Source: Candidatus Peregrinibacteria bacterium (GTDB lineage Bacteria; Patescibacteriota; Gracilibacteria; UM-FILTER-43-11). From it: a stretch of DNA of 64,000 nucleotides. The stretch is taken from contig JAFGCT010000028.1 in NCBI GenBank assembly GCA_016932505.1, positions 2,404 through 66,403 of the forward strand, given 5' to 3'. The first letter of the stretch is position 1; each line of letters begins with the position of its first letter. Below are positions 38,921 through 48,829 of this stretch, piece after piece. The notes beneath the pieces are model-generated. The model ran no database searches, was not told where the DNA came from, and worked only from the letters and a program-made list of their open reading frames with translations. The position numbers were made by a program, and so were the translations under genes.

Positions 38921-39056
38921 AAAAAATAGACTTCATAATGAGAAGTCAGTGACTTTCTCATCTTATCCTAGTTGGCGCACCTTTTCCGATTGTCATATCG
39001 GAATGGTTGCGGGACAGGTCATGGAGCTAAGCCTCTATCTGTCACTCTTGATGAAT
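38921..39056 (-). promoter_or_regulatory. SAM riboswitch candidate (SAM-I clan, SAM-I/IV- or SAM-IV-like) with terminator expression platform
   Basis: The minus strand reads ttcATCAAGAGtgacag...ctgtccCGCAACCattccgat-atgaca-atcggaaaaGGTGCgCCAActaggataaga. This is followed by gacttc-tcattat-gaagtc-tatttttt, which ends 13 nt before the metK ATG. Confidence 0.6.
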
Positions 39057-39100
39057 GATGTTTTCGTAGTTAGTTTACTATTATTTTTTGAAAAAGCAAT

Positions 39101-39322
39101 TTAATTTTGGATTATCTCTACCCCTTGTAGCCTCATTCTACACATTACATCTTCCATATCTTGTTTTGGAATTCGCTTAATATTAATCACATCCGAGCCT
39201 GGGACATTTACAATTGATATACAATTAGCCCATCTTGCTAATGTAACTGCAATCAAGTCACGATAAAGAGCAGGATATTCACCTTCTGGAGTTTGAACTC
39301 TTAATGAATTAATACTTCCCAT
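39101..39322 (-). CDS. small hypothetical protein, paralog of the upstream ORF (start at 39322 or 39370)
   Basis: From the internal ATG the protein starts MGS... and ends ...GVEIIQN, with INIKRIP. This mirrors MGS..., IEIKRVP and ...GGTIIEN in the neighbour. Confidence 0.5.
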   Translation of the reverse strand: MGSINSLRVQTPEGEYPALYRDLIAVTLARWANCISIVNVPGSDVINIKRIPKQDMEDVMCRMRLQGVEIIQN

Positions 39323-39344
39323 ACCAAAACAAATAAAAAATAAT

Positions 39345-39584
39345 TTAATTTTCAATAATTGTTCCGCCATTCTTTATTATCAATTCTTTAACCCCAAGCA
39401 CCTCACATAATGGCACTCTTTTAATTTCAATAAGCCTGCATAAGCCTTCAGCCTGCTCACTTGAGTCAGGTTCAATAAACTCAACGCCATCTGGTAGGTG
39501 TGGAACGATTAAATCACCGAATATTCTGCCGTGCATACCTTCGGCACCTTCAGCTTTGATAGTAGTAAACTCTTCTGAACCCAT
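39345..39584 (-). CDS. small hypothetical protein (79 aa)
   Basis: ATG ORF located between ahcY and metK. No family recognised. Confidence 0.55.
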   Translation of the reverse strand: MGSEEFTTIKAEGAEGMHGRIFGDLIVPHLPDGVEFIEPDSSEQAEGLCRLIEIKRVPLCEVLGVKELIIKNGGTIIEN

Positions 39585-39635
39585 AACTATTATTTAATAA
39601 GTAAGGGCTTATTGTTTCACTTTATCTGGATAAAA

Positions 39636-40916
39636 TCAATATCTGTAATGATCCGGTTTAAAAGGACCTTTAATAGAAACACCGATATACTTTGCTTGTT
39701 TTGGAGTTAATGTATCCAAAACAACTCCAATTTTTTCCAAGTGTAAACGTGCAACTTCTTCGTCAAGATTTTTAGGAAGCATATAAACGCCTGCGGGATA
39801 TTGACCGAATTTTGTATACAGTTCTATTTGAGCGAGAACCTGATTAGTGAATGAATTGGACATCACAAAACTTGGATGACCAGTTGCACAACCAAGATTA
39901 ACAAGACGACCTTCAGCAAGGAGGATTATCTCATTTTTCCCAATTAAATATTTATCAACCTGAGGCTTAATGTTAGTCTTTTTATATTTTTTAAGCGACG
40001 CAACATCAATTTCGCTATCAAAGTGTCCAATGTTACAAACAATTGCCTGATCAGGCATTTTAGTAAGATGACTAGCATTAATTACGTGATAATTTCCTGT
40101 AGCGGTAACAAATATATTTCCAATTTTACATGCGTCATCCATTTTCATAACCTGATATCCTTCCATTGCTGCCTGAAGTGCGTTAATAGGGTCTATTTCT
40201 GTTATAATAACGCGTGCTCCCATTCCACTCATGGAACGTGCACAACCTTTTCCAACATCGCCATAACCAGCTACTACTACCACCTTACCTGCAACCATTA
40301 CATCGGTCGCACGTTTGATTCCATCAGCTAGAGATTCACGGCAGCCATACAGATTATCAAATTTGGACTTGGTTACTGAATCGTTAACATTAATACAAGG
40401 GGTAACAAGCGTCCCCTCTTTCATCATTTCATAAAGGCGATGAACTCCTGTAGTTGTTTCTTCTGTAATTCCTTTTAAGTCTTTTAGAAGTTTTGGATGT
40501 TTTTTGTAAAGAACAAGTGTTAAGTCACCACCATCATCCAAAACCATATTCGGGCCCTTTCCACCTTTAAACTTAAGAGTCTGCTCCACGCACCACCAAT
40601 ACTCTTTTTCAGTCTCACCCTTCCATGCAAATACAGGAATTCCTTTTTTGGCGATTGCAGAAGCGGCATGGTCTTGGGTTGAAAATATATTACAACTGGA
40701 CCATCGCACCTCAGCACCAAGTTCGATTAGTGTTTCTATTAAAACAGCAGTTTGGATTGTCATATGAATACAACCCGCAATACGCGCTCCTTTAAGCGGT
40801 TTTGATTTTCCATATTTTTTACGCACGGACATCAATCCTGGCATTTCTTTTTCTGCAATTATAATTTCCTTACGGCCGAATTCGGCAAGCTTGATGTCTT
40901 TTACTTTGTAATCCAT
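39636..40916 (-). CDS. ahcY: adenosylhomocysteinase (SAH hydrolase)
   Basis: Full-length 426 aa with an NAD-binding [10 protein letters not shown] motif and the family-typical ...[11 protein letters not shown].... Confidence 0.95.
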   Translation of the reverse strand: MDYKVKDIKLAEFGRKEIIIAEKEMPGLMSVRKKYGKSKPLKGARIAGCIHMTIQTAVLIETLIELGAEVRWSSCNIFSTQDHAASAIAKKGIPVFAWKGETEKEYWWCVEQTLKFKGGKGPNMVLDDGGDLTLVLYKKHPKLLKDLKGITEETTTGVHRLYEMMKEGTLVTPCINVNDSVTKSKFDNLYGCRESLADGIKRATDVMVAGKVVVVAGYGDVGKGCARSMSGMGARVIITEIDPINALQAAMEGYQVMKMDDACKIGNIFVTATGNYHVINASHLTKMPDQAIVCNIGHFDSEIDVASLKKYKKTNIKPQVDKYLIGKNEIILLAEGRLVNLGCATGHPSFVMSNSFTNQVLAQIELYTKFGQYPAGVYMLPKNLDEEVARLHLEKIGVVLDTLTPKQAKYIGVSIKGPFKPDHYRY

Positions 40917-40926
40917 ATTAAATTAT

Positions 40927-40989
40927 CGTTATGCGTTATGCGTTATGCGTTATGCGAAGTGCGCAGAACGCAAATCGCAAAGCGAAATA
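40927..40989. repeat. nine consecutive heptamers phase-locked on a leading CG
   Basis: cgttatg x4, then cgaagtg, cgcagaa, cgcaaat, cgcaaag, cgaaata. Confidence 0.85.
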
Positions 40990-40991
40990 AA

Positions 40992-41930
40992 TTATATCTT
41001 TTTAAGGAATTTTTGAAAGTCAGTTTTCACTATTCTATGATTCTGAGTACCTGCCCTGGATACCGCTTTTGACGCAATCCATGCGCCTATATTGGCGGAC
41101 TGTTCGATTGAATATCCGTTTACGATTCCATACATCAACCCAGAACGATATGCATCACCACAACCTGTTGGGTCAACAACGTTTTTAGTTTTGACTATCG
41201 GGACATCAACAACGGTAGCACCTCCACTTTTCCATATTTTTGAACCACTTTCACCGTATGTAATTATTAAATAATCAACATTAGAAAGTGCTTCAGGCAG
41301 CCCAAATCCTGTTTTTTCCTGAATCATATCCCACTCGTAATCATTACAGATTAAAATATAAGCATTTTTGATGAATGCTTTCATGTCTTTTGCAGAAAAA
41401 CCAGGAATCGCTTGGCCTGGATCTGCGATAAATTTGATTCCGTTTTTTCGGCATTCATCTGCATATTGAAGCATTGCACCTATATCGTTTGGAGCGATTA
41501 TTGCTAAATCACTTTGCGATGTGAGTTGTGCGATGTGCGAAATTTTAGTCTTACTCGCCTCACTCATAGCCCCCATATAGAATGAAGTGATTTGGTTATC
41601 ATCCATATCTGTCATTATTGTAGCATGAGCAGTGAGTTTGGTTTTGGACTTATAAAGATAATCACAATCAATTTTGTGCTTTTTTAAATGTTTTATATAA
41701 TCTCTAGCATCATCACCAATCGAACCTAAAAGAATTGGTTTTTCACCCATTAAGGCTAAGCTGTAAGCAATATTTCCCCCAGTTCCACCATAATTTATGG
41801 TCATTTTTTCAACAGTAAAAGCAACATTCAACTTGTGAACTTTTTCTGGCAAAATATGATTTGCAAAACGGTCATGAAAAACTGATATGCGGTCTATTGC
41901 TATCGAGCCTGTGACTAATAAATTTTTCAT
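40992..41930 (-). CDS. PfkB-family carbohydrate/nucleoside kinase (adenosine kinase suggested by context)
   Basis: The GGTGGN region and DPTGCGDAYRSG are the PfkB signatures. The gene lies upstream of ahcY. Confidence 0.8.
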   Translation of the reverse strand: MKNLLVTGSIAIDRISVFHDRFANHILPEKVHKLNVAFTVEKMTINYGGTGGNIAYSLALMGEKPILLGSIGDDARDYIKHLKKHKIDCDYLYKSKTKLTAHATIMTDMDDNQITSFYMGAMSEASKTKISHIAQLTSQSDLAIIAPNDIGAMLQYADECRKNGIKFIADPGQAIPGFSAKDMKAFIKNAYILICNDYEWDMIQEKTGFGLPEALSNVDYLIITYGESGSKIWKSGGATVVDVPIVKTKNVVDPTGCGDAYRSGLMYGIVNGYSIEQSANIGAWIASKAVSRAGTQNHRIVKTDFQKFLKKI

Positions 41931-41936
41931 AATTTT

Positions 41937-42028
41937 CGTATTGGGGATCGTATTGGGGATCGTATTGGGGATCGTATTGGGGTTAAGTCATTCCATTCGA
42001 GCGCCCATTCGAGCACCCATTCGATTTT
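41937..42028. repeat. two 12-mer arrays: cgtattggggat x3.8 and cattcgagc(g/a)cc x2-3
   Basis: Read directly from the sequence. The array runs up to the stop codon of the downstream epimerase gene. Confidence 0.9.
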
Positions 42029-42982
42029 CTATTCGACAGTATTTAAGTACCACTCCACGAACTTCTTCATTCCCTCTTCTGTTGTTACAGAAGGTTTATA
42101 ACCAAGTAGCTTTTCGGCCTTAGAAATATCTGCGTAAGTTATATCGACATCACCCGGTTGCATAGGAAGCTGTTCTATAATAGCTTTTTTTCCGAGTAGC
42201 TTTTCAATTAAGGCAATAAAATCGTTGAGTGAAGTTGTTTCACTATTCCCAAGATTTATAACTTCAAATGATAAGTTTTTTTCTAGTGAAGAAATTATCC
42301 CCTGAACAATATCGTCGACATATGTGTAATCACGCTCAGATGTTCCGTCACCATATTTAGGTAAAGGTTCGCCCTTATAAATTAAGTCTGTAAATTTATA
42401 TGGTGCCATGTCCGGGCGACCGCTAGGCCCGTAAACTGTAAAAAATCTCAAACATGTAATGGGAATATTATTTAAATGGTGATATGTATAACAAAGATTT
42501 TCACCAGCCTTTTTGGTAGCTGCGTAAAGAGAGATAGGTTCTTCAACAATATCGGTTTCAGAAAATGGAGTCTTACTTTGATTACCATAAACGGATGAAG
42601 ATGATGCGAATACAAAATTCTCAATTCCATGTTGCTTTGAAAGCTCAAGCAAATTTATAGTTCCACCAAGATTTACTTTTTCATAAAGAAGAGGATTTTT
42701 TATTCCATCGCGTACACTGGCACGTGCGGCTAAATGTATTATTTTATGCGGTTTTTCTTGAACAAATATTTTGTTCATAGCTTCAAAATCACAGATGTCT
42801 TCACGATACAATTTAAACCTTTCATTATCCAAAAAAGGTAGAAGATTTCTTTCTTTAATAGCCGTATCATAAAAATCATTGAGAATATCGATACAAACAA
42901 CATCGTAATCGGTACTATCTAGCAGGTATTTTATTACGTTTGACCCGATGAATCCGGCACCGCCGGTTACAAGGATTTTCAT
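42029..42982 (-). CDS. UDP-glucuronate 4-epimerase-like NAD-dependent epimerase
   Basis: VTGGAGFIGSN, YAATKKAGE, RFFTVYGPSGRPDMAPYKF. Overlaps ugd by 4 nt. Confidence 0.8.
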   Translation of the reverse strand: MKILVTGGAGFIGSNVIKYLLDSTDYDVVCIDILNDFYDTAIKERNLLPFLDNERFKLYREDICDFEAMNKIFVQEKPHKIIHLAARASVRDGIKNPLLYEKVNLGGTINLLELSKQHGIENFVFASSSSVYGNQSKTPFSETDIVEEPISLYAATKKAGENLCYTYHHLNNIPITCLRFFTVYGPSGRPDMAPYKFTDLIYKGEPLPKYGDGTSERDYTYVDDIVQGIISSLEKNLSFEVINLGNSETTSLNDFIALIEKLLGKKAIIEQLPMQPGDVDITYADISKAEKLLGYKPSVTTEEGMKKFVEWYLNTVE

Positions 42983-44370
42983 TTTTTAATTCTTATTACT
43001 TCCTCAACAGCTGGCTTATTAATTTTTACTTTTATATTGGAGCTGCTTTCAACTCTTTTTACAGCCCTTCCGATTCCAACATAATTGAAACCTGCTGAAA
43101 TCGCCTCTTCCGGCTCAAATATATTTCTTCCATCAAAAAGGTAATTACCCCTCATTACTCTATTCAGCTCATTTAAATCAACTGTACGGAATTCATCCCA
43201 TTCGGTTAATACAAGTAATGCGTCAGCATCTTTCGCTGCATCCATTGCATTTTTTGTATAAACAAGATTAACATTTGCAAAACTACCTTTAGCAACTTTC
43301 ATAGATACTGGATCAAATGCTTTAACCTTGGCACCTTCTGCCTGCATACGCTTAACAATTCTAATAGATGGAGCATCGCGCATATCATCAGTCCGAGGTT
43401 TGAAAGCAAGCCCCCAAACTGCAATCGTCTTTCCTTCCAGATTCGGAATATGACTATGAAGTTTTTCAAAAATTCGCTCTTTCTGGCGATCATTAACATC
43501 CACCACTGCCTGAAGAATTTTAAAATCAAAACTAAATTCCTTTCCTTTTTGAATTAAAGCGCGAACGTCTTTTGGAAAGCAACTACCACCGTATCCTATG
43601 CCTGCATGCAAAAATCTTGAACCTATTCTTTTATCAAGTCCGATTCCTCTTGCAACCTGAGTTACATCTGCACCAGTTTTTTCACAAAAGTTTGCGATTT
43701 CATTAATGAAACTTATTTTTGTCGCCAAAAAACTATTAGCCGCGTATTTAATCATTTCCGCAGTTTTAATATTTGTATTTACAACAGGACTGCCAGTACG
43801 AGTTATTGGACGATATAATTTTATCATAAACTCCTCGGCTCTTTTGGATTCTGTTCCTACTACTATACGATCTGGGTTTAATGTGTCTTTAATTGCCGCT
43901 CCTTCACGCAAGAACTCAGGATTACTGACAATATCAAACTCCGCATTTACCCCCCTCCTATCAACCTCGTTCTGGATTATTTTTTTACATATTTCCCCTG
44001 TACCAACCGGTACCGTAGATTTGTTTACGAATATTTTATAACCATTAGTAGATTCACCAAATGATTTTGCAACAGCCTTAACCGCGCTTAAATCCGCTTT
44101 GTGGTCTTTATCCGGAGGAGTACCTACCGCACTGAAAATTATATCCCCAAATTCAATCCCTTTTTGAATATTAGTTGTAAATTTAAGACGAGATTTATTC
44201 TTTTTAATCAAATCCTCCAATCCTGGTTCATAAATTGGAACTTCTCCATTGTTGAGTTGCGCTATTTTCTTATCGCAAATATCAATTCCCATTACTTCGT
44301 ATCCCATCTCTGCGAAACAAACCGCAGAAACCAACCCAACATATCCTGTGCCAATTACTGTAATATGCAT
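42979..44370 (-). CDS. ugd: UDP-glucose 6-dehydrogenase
   Basis: VIGTGYVGLV and the catalytic GGSCFPKD motif. Confidence 0.9.
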   Translation of the reverse strand: MHITVIGTGYVGLVSAVCFAEMGYEVMGIDICDKKIAQLNNGEVPIYEPGLEDLIKKNKSRLKFTTNIQKGIEFGDIIFSAVGTPPDKDHKADLSAVKAVAKSFGESTNGYKIFVNKSTVPVGTGEICKKIIQNEVDRRGVNAEFDIVSNPEFLREGAAIKDTLNPDRIVVGTESKRAEEFMIKLYRPITRTGSPVVNTNIKTAEMIKYAANSFLATKISFINEIANFCEKTGADVTQVARGIGLDKRIGSRFLHAGIGYGGSCFPKDVRALIQKGKEFSFDFKILQAVVDVNDRQKERIFEKLHSHIPNLEGKTIAVWGLAFKPRTDDMRDAPSIRIVKRMQAEGAKVKAFDPVSMKVAKGSFANVNLVYTKNAMDAAKDADALLVLTEWDEFRTVDLNELNRVMRGNYLFDGRNIFEPEEAISAGFNYVGIGRAVKRVESSSNIKVKINKPAVEEVIRIKK

Positions 44371-44467
44371 AACTAAAAAATTTAAGTGCCTGTATATTAA
44401 AGCAAATATAACCTTTTATTTCAAATAGAAATTGAGGATTAAAGATAAAGATTGAAAATAATAAATT

Positions 44468-45709
44468 CTACTCTTTCATTTCCATAATCTTCACAACAAT
44501 TTTTGCAACTTCGGCACGGGTGATATTTTTTTCTGGTCCGAATGTGCCATCTGGGTAGCCAGCAACAATTTTGTTGTTATAAGCAAAAGCAACATATTTG
44601 GAATACCATGCCGATGATGGAACATCTGTAAATTCATCTACCGATCCCATTAATACATCAAAACCAGCGGCTTCGATTAAAATCTTCATTGCTGCAGCAC
44701 GATTAATGTATTCATTAGGTCCGAATCCCCCACTTGGATAACCACTTACAATTCCCTCATTTTTTGCCTCTTCCACGTAAGGTGCAAACCATGAGTTTTT
44801 TGGCACATCAGAGAAAGGATGTTCTTTTACAGTTGCGTTTACGGAATATCCAAATGCCAGTAATGCGATTTTAGTAAGTTCGGCACGCGTTATATATTTG
44901 TTTGGCTCAAATGTTGTTTCGGTTTTTCCACTAACTACTTCATCATCGTAAAGAGTCTGAATATAACCTTCAGCCCAATGCCCCTTTGTGTCTTCAAAAA
45001 ACATCTGAGATGAGGTAACAAGCTCTGGCTCTTCTTCAATTACCGGCTCAGGTAAATCTACCACCTGACGTATCACTGCCTGTACAGAAGACCCCTCGCC
45101 TCCACTTTCATATTCTGCTGAAATATTAAAGCGATTAGTTTTATTCTGTTCAAGCTGAACTGTAACCTGAAACAAGCCTGTAGCACTGGATGCATGCGTA
45201 CTGCCTACAACATCCCCCTGAGTATTCCTTACATATATATTAGTGTCAGGCTCCGCGTTTCCGGATAATATATACTGAGCTGTATCAACAGTTTCAGGAA
45301 TTGGTTTTAAAGTAGGGGCATCCGGTACATTTTTTTCCCCCTGACTAACACTGCTACCACTTTCATTACTAATAGCCTGCTCCTCGTTAATTGTAATTAA
45401 AATTGAACTACTTGTTACACCATCTTTTTCAGCGGTAATAGAAAACACATTTTCAGTATTCTGCGCTAGTCCTACGTCAAAATGTATAATGCCATCTTCT
45501 TCATCACCAACGCCATCGGTAATAGGTGCAAGAAAACTCGGACCACCTAAAACGGAAACAGTAGCTCCGGGTTCTGTATGTATAGTAAGCGTGTATATAT
45601 CGGCATCAACACTGGAAGGCACGGAATTTACAGTTGGCGCACTTATAGCAAAAACGCTAACAGGAAAAATCAATGCGAATAAAATTGCGAAGAATAATTT
45701 AGTTTTCAT
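44468..45709 (-). CDS. SLH-domain cell-surface protein (paralogous C-terminus to 12790..14232)
   Basis: Signal peptide and three SLH-like repeats. It shares a 34-nt stretch with the other SLH gene, identical except at one position (ggtccgaatgtgccatctgggtagcc[a/t]gcaacaat). Confidence 0.85.
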   Translation of the reverse strand: MKTKLFFAILFALIFPVSVFAISAPTVNSVPSSVDADIYTLTIHTEPGATVSVLGGPSFLAPITDGVGDEEDGIIHFDVGLAQNTENVFSITAEKDGVTSSSILITINEEQAISNESGSSVSQGEKNVPDAPTLKPIPETVDTAQYILSGNAEPDTNIYVRNTQGDVVGSTHASSATGLFQVTVQLEQNKTNRFNISAEYESGGEGSSVQAVIRQVVDLPEPVIEEEPELVTSSQMFFEDTKGHWAEGYIQTLYDDEVVSGKTETTFEPNKYITRAELTKIALLAFGYSVNATVKEHPFSDVPKNSWFAPYVEEAKNEGIVSGYPSGGFGPNEYINRAAAMKILIEAAGFDVLMGSVDEFTDVPSSAWYSKYVAFAYNNKIVAGYPDGTFGPEKNITRAEVAKIVVKIMEMKE

Positions 45710-45823
45710 GATGTGTTTTTTTATTTTATGTGATTATTCTACTACAAAAAATTTTATATTACAAAATTACAAAATTAATTTGTGATTGGTTTTATTGTAG
45801 TATTAACAATCATCATATAAAAT

Positions 45824-45858
45824 AATCTTGTAATAACTAATCTTGTAATCTTGTAATA
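45824..45858. repeat. aatcttgtaat 11-mer units (x2.7) directly upstream of trmD
   Basis: The same unit, or its reverse complement attacaagatt, occurs at 59946-59956, 61055-61100 and 61216-61257. Confidence 0.85.
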
Positions 45859-46509
45859 ATGCAATTCCACATTCTCACCATCTTCCCCGAAATGTTTAAA
45901 GGCTTCCTAAACGAATCCATATTAAAGAAAGCTCAGGGCAAAGGTGTTGTTGATATTCAGATTCACGATATTCGCGAATATTCAAAGGACAAGCATAAAA
46001 AAACTGATGACACTCCTTATGGTGGTGGTGCGGGCATGGTGTTTACACCTCAACCGCTTTTCGACTGTATTGAGGACGTGAAGAAAATGGCGACAAAGGC
46101 TCCAGTGATATATTTAACTCCAGGAGGAAGGCGCTTAACGCAAGCTGGCGTAGAGCACTTGAACAAAAAATTTACTCAACTGATTCTTTTATGCGGACAC
46201 TATGAAGGAATAGACCAGAGAGTTATTGATGAATTGGTGGACATGGAAATTTCTATCGGCGATTACGTTTTAAGCGGTGGTGAAATACCGGCGATGGTTT
46301 TAGTGGATGCAGTTAGTAGACTTGTACCGGGTGCGCTTGGAAATGATGAATCCCATATGGAAGAATCATTCACTAAAAAGCTTGGACGCAAAAAAGAATA
46401 TCCTCATTACACAAAACCTGCCGACTTTAGAGGCTTTAAGGTGCCGGATGTTTTAATGGGTGGTAATCATGCGGAGATTGAAAGGTGGAGGAAGAATCAT
46501 TTGAGATGA
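45859..46509 (+). CDS. trmD: tRNA (guanine37-N1)-methyltransferase
   Basis: FHILTIFPEMF, PYGGGAGMV, LLCGHYEGIDQRV, SIGDYVLSGGE. Confidence 0.95.
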   Translation: MQFHILTIFPEMFKGFLNESILKKAQGKGVVDIQIHDIREYSKDKHKKTDDTPYGGGAGMVFTPQPLFDCIEDVKKMATKAPVIYLTPGGRRLTQAGVEHLNKKFTQLILLCGHYEGIDQRVIDELVDMEISIGDYVLSGGEIPAMVLVDAVSRLVPGALGNDESHMEESFTKKLGRKKEYPHYTKPADFRGFKVPDVLMGGNHAEIERWRKNHLR

Positions 46510-46573
46510 TTTAATTTGTGATTTAAAATTTGAGATTTGAGAATGAAATCAAAATTAAAAAATCACAAATCAC
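46508..46573. repeat. gatttg-family heptamers with inverted aaatcac arm
   Basis: tttgtgattt...tttgagatttgag ... aaatcacaaatcac. Confidence 0.75.
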
Positions 46574-46594
46574 TTTTGTATAAATAATTTACTC

Positions 46595-46864
46595 GTGAAC
46601 ACATTTTTTGAACAACTTAAATCGCAGTTAAAAGAAAAAAACCCACTTTACATTAAGGTAAAGGTAATTTCAAAATCACCCAAAACAGAGATAGTGGATA
46701 TAATGGAAGACGGTACTTATAAGATTAGAATTAGTGCTCAGCCAGTTCGTGGCCAGGCAAACGTAGAATTACTTAAATTTCTTAAAAAGATCACAGGTGC
46801 AAGTGATACTCAGATAGTCAGTGGCGGGAGAGATAAGATTAAGCTTGTTAGGATTACCGCATAA
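46595..46864 (+). CDS. DUF167 (YggU-like) protein
   Basis: RISAQPVRGQANVELLKFLKK...GGRDKIKLVRI. GTG start. Confidence 0.7.
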   Translation: MNTFFEQLKSQLKEKNPLYIKVKVISKSPKTEIVDIMEDGTYKIRISAQPVRGQANVELLKFLKKITGASDTQIVSGGRDKIKLVRITA

Positions 46865-46932
46865 TTAATCCTTTATTCCTAGCCTATATTATGGTATAAT
46901 AAAGAGATTATTTAACGGTTTTAGAAATTTCC

Positions 46933-48126
46933 ATGAGGGCAAAATCCACTAAAAACACAGGTGAAGATAAAAATGAAAAAAAGGAAGTTACCGTAGAAAA
47001 TGCCGAGGGAGAAAAGGAACAAATTACTGTAGAGAAGAAAGAAGTATCCGAATCTCCATTATTAAAAGATCAGATTAAAGGTGGTGACACCGCTCAACCC
47101 GATCAGATTGTAGTTACTAAGGACACTTCTTTTTTTGACAAACTTGCTTGGCTTAAGCTTTCTATTGAAGAAAAAGCATTGATTACGGAAAACATTCTTT
47201 TGGATATTAAAAACTCAGCACTATATTGGTCTCAGCTTGTTATTTCAATAATAATCGCCACGTTTGGATTACTTCAGAATTCTGTTGCTGTGATAATTGG
47301 AGCGATGCTTATTGCCCCGCTTTTAAATCCGATTAAAGGACTTGCTTTTGGCATTACAACCGGACAACACAATTACTTTTGGAAAGCTGCAAGAATGCTG
47401 ATTCTAAGTGTTATAGTTGCAATTTTTACCGCATCTTTCTTTTCATATATAGTACCTTTAAAAATTGAAACTACTGAAATTCTAGCCAGAACAGCTCCGA
47501 ATCTTTTAGACTTATTAATAGCAATTGCATCGGGAACCATTGCGATATTGTCTCTTTACTTTAAAAAGCTATCTGAGAATTTAAGTGGAGTAGCGATGGC
47601 TGCGGCAATTCTACCTCCGCTTGCAGTGGTAGGAATTGAATTATCACTTGGAAATATGTTGCTTGCGGGAAGCAGTTTCTTCCTTTTTGCGACAAACCTT
47701 TTCGCCATTCTGGCTGTCGGTGTTGTAATATTCCTTTTTTATGGATTTTTCCCAAGTCAGAAAGATACAAAACAAAGAAGCATACGTATTACAGCTGTTC
47801 TTTTCCTTTTTCTTATCTCAATTTCATTCCCTTTATATTCTTCTCTTACAAAAATTGGTGAAAAGATATCGCTGGAAAAACAAGCTAATACTATTGTCGG
47901 AAGATTATTGGATATGAAACTCGTAGGAGCTAATATTAATAAGTTACAATTAAATAGCTTTGATGATAACGTTGCAGATTTTACCGGTAGTATAAAAGTG
48001 CCTGAAGGTATAAGCTTTGATCGCAGAATTCAGGACGAAATTAGTAAAAATCTTTCTCTAACTTTTAATAGGAAAATACTTTTGGAATTTGATGTAACAC
48101 CAATAGTTAAGATTGAATCTCAATAA
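46933..48126 (+). CDS. DUF389-like hydrophobic membrane protein
   Basis: GAMLIAPLLNPIKGLAFG motif and multiple TM segments. Confidence 0.65.
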   Translation: MRAKSTKNTGEDKNEKKEVTVENAEGEKEQITVEKKEVSESPLLKDQIKGGDTAQPDQIVVTKDTSFFDKLAWLKLSIEEKALITENILLDIKNSALYWSQLVISIIIATFGLLQNSVAVIIGAMLIAPLLNPIKGLAFGITTGQHNYFWKAARMLILSVIVAIFTASFFSYIVPLKIETTEILARTAPNLLDLLIAIASGTIAILSLYFKKLSENLSGVAMAAAILPPLAVVGIELSLGNMLLAGSSFFLFATNLFAILAVGVVIFLFYGFFPSQKDTKQRSIRITAVLFLFLISISFPLYSSLTKIGEKISLEKQANTIVGRLLDMKLVGANINKLQLNSFDDNVADFTGSIKVPEGISFDRRIQDEISKNLSLTFNRKILLEFDVTPIVKIESQ

Positions 48127-48384
48127 ATCCGCCCAAGACTATTGGTAATTAGATTTGAGGATTCCTTACCTTTTGTTAAAAAAATATTAATATTAATTTG
48201 ACTTAAATTGATTTATTTGACAATATAACAATTACTTAAAGTTGCATTCTTTGTTTAAAACAAGGAATCAGCCATAATATATGGTCCTTCAAATTATTTC
48301 TAATCTTAACTCTACCTGAAAATCATTTTAGGAGAGTTTTTTAGATGACCTAGCGGTATTACCGCTAAACAAGGAGAAAATGAG

Positions 48385-48798
48385 ATGACAACAGGCGAAC
48401 TACCCGTGGTGGGTGTAGTAAAACTACATCGGAATGTTATTGCCAATCATTTTGGTGACGAAACGAAGTACACTCGTGTACTTATGTCCCAAGAGGCATT
48501 CGCTGGGCTCGTAAAGAGCAACTTTCCCAATTCCACTACTGCGGGGGAAATTCCCGGAACAACATTTGTTACTAAAGTTCCGACAGTAAACATTATGACG
48601 CCGATTGGCTTTGAGAACTCTCGGGAGCAACCGAATGAAGTAAAGGTTGTAACGCGAATCACGGGCAAAAAGGAATCCAACCCGGTTACGTTGCAAATAA
48701 TTTCCGTAGAGGCATCTGGACCCACAATCAAGCGTCCGCGACGCCAAATCAAACCTGCTCTTACAATAGTCATAGACCCCCCGCACAAAAACTACTAA
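48385..48798 (+). CDS. hypothetical protein in a GC-enriched segment (coding status uncertain)
   Basis: RBS aaggag lies 8 nt before the ATG. The region is open in three overlapping frames on both strands. Hand GC count is 29/60 for 48601-48660. Confidence 0.45.
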   Translation: MTTGELPVVGVVKLHRNVIANHFGDETKYTRVLMSQEAFAGLVKSNFPNSTTAGEIPGTTFVTKVPTVNIMTPIGFENSREQPNEVKVVTRITGKKESNPVTLQIISVEASGPTIKRPRRQIKPALTIVIDPPHKNY

Positions 48799-48829
48799 TC
48801 CCCCTCCTTGTCCCCGAAGGACACCCCCC

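Noticed and set aside
39101-39584. The two small ORFs as a single gene disrupted by a frameshift.
   Set aside because: Each has its own MGS start and a matching …II(Q/E)N end, so tandem paralogs are more parsimonious. This is not fully excluded without read data.
41887-42123. 78-aa plus-strand ORF (…GIVLGIVLGIVLG…IRAPIRAPIRF…).
   Set aside because: It is a translation of the two 12-mer arrays, and it overlaps the ends of two well-supported minus-strand genes.
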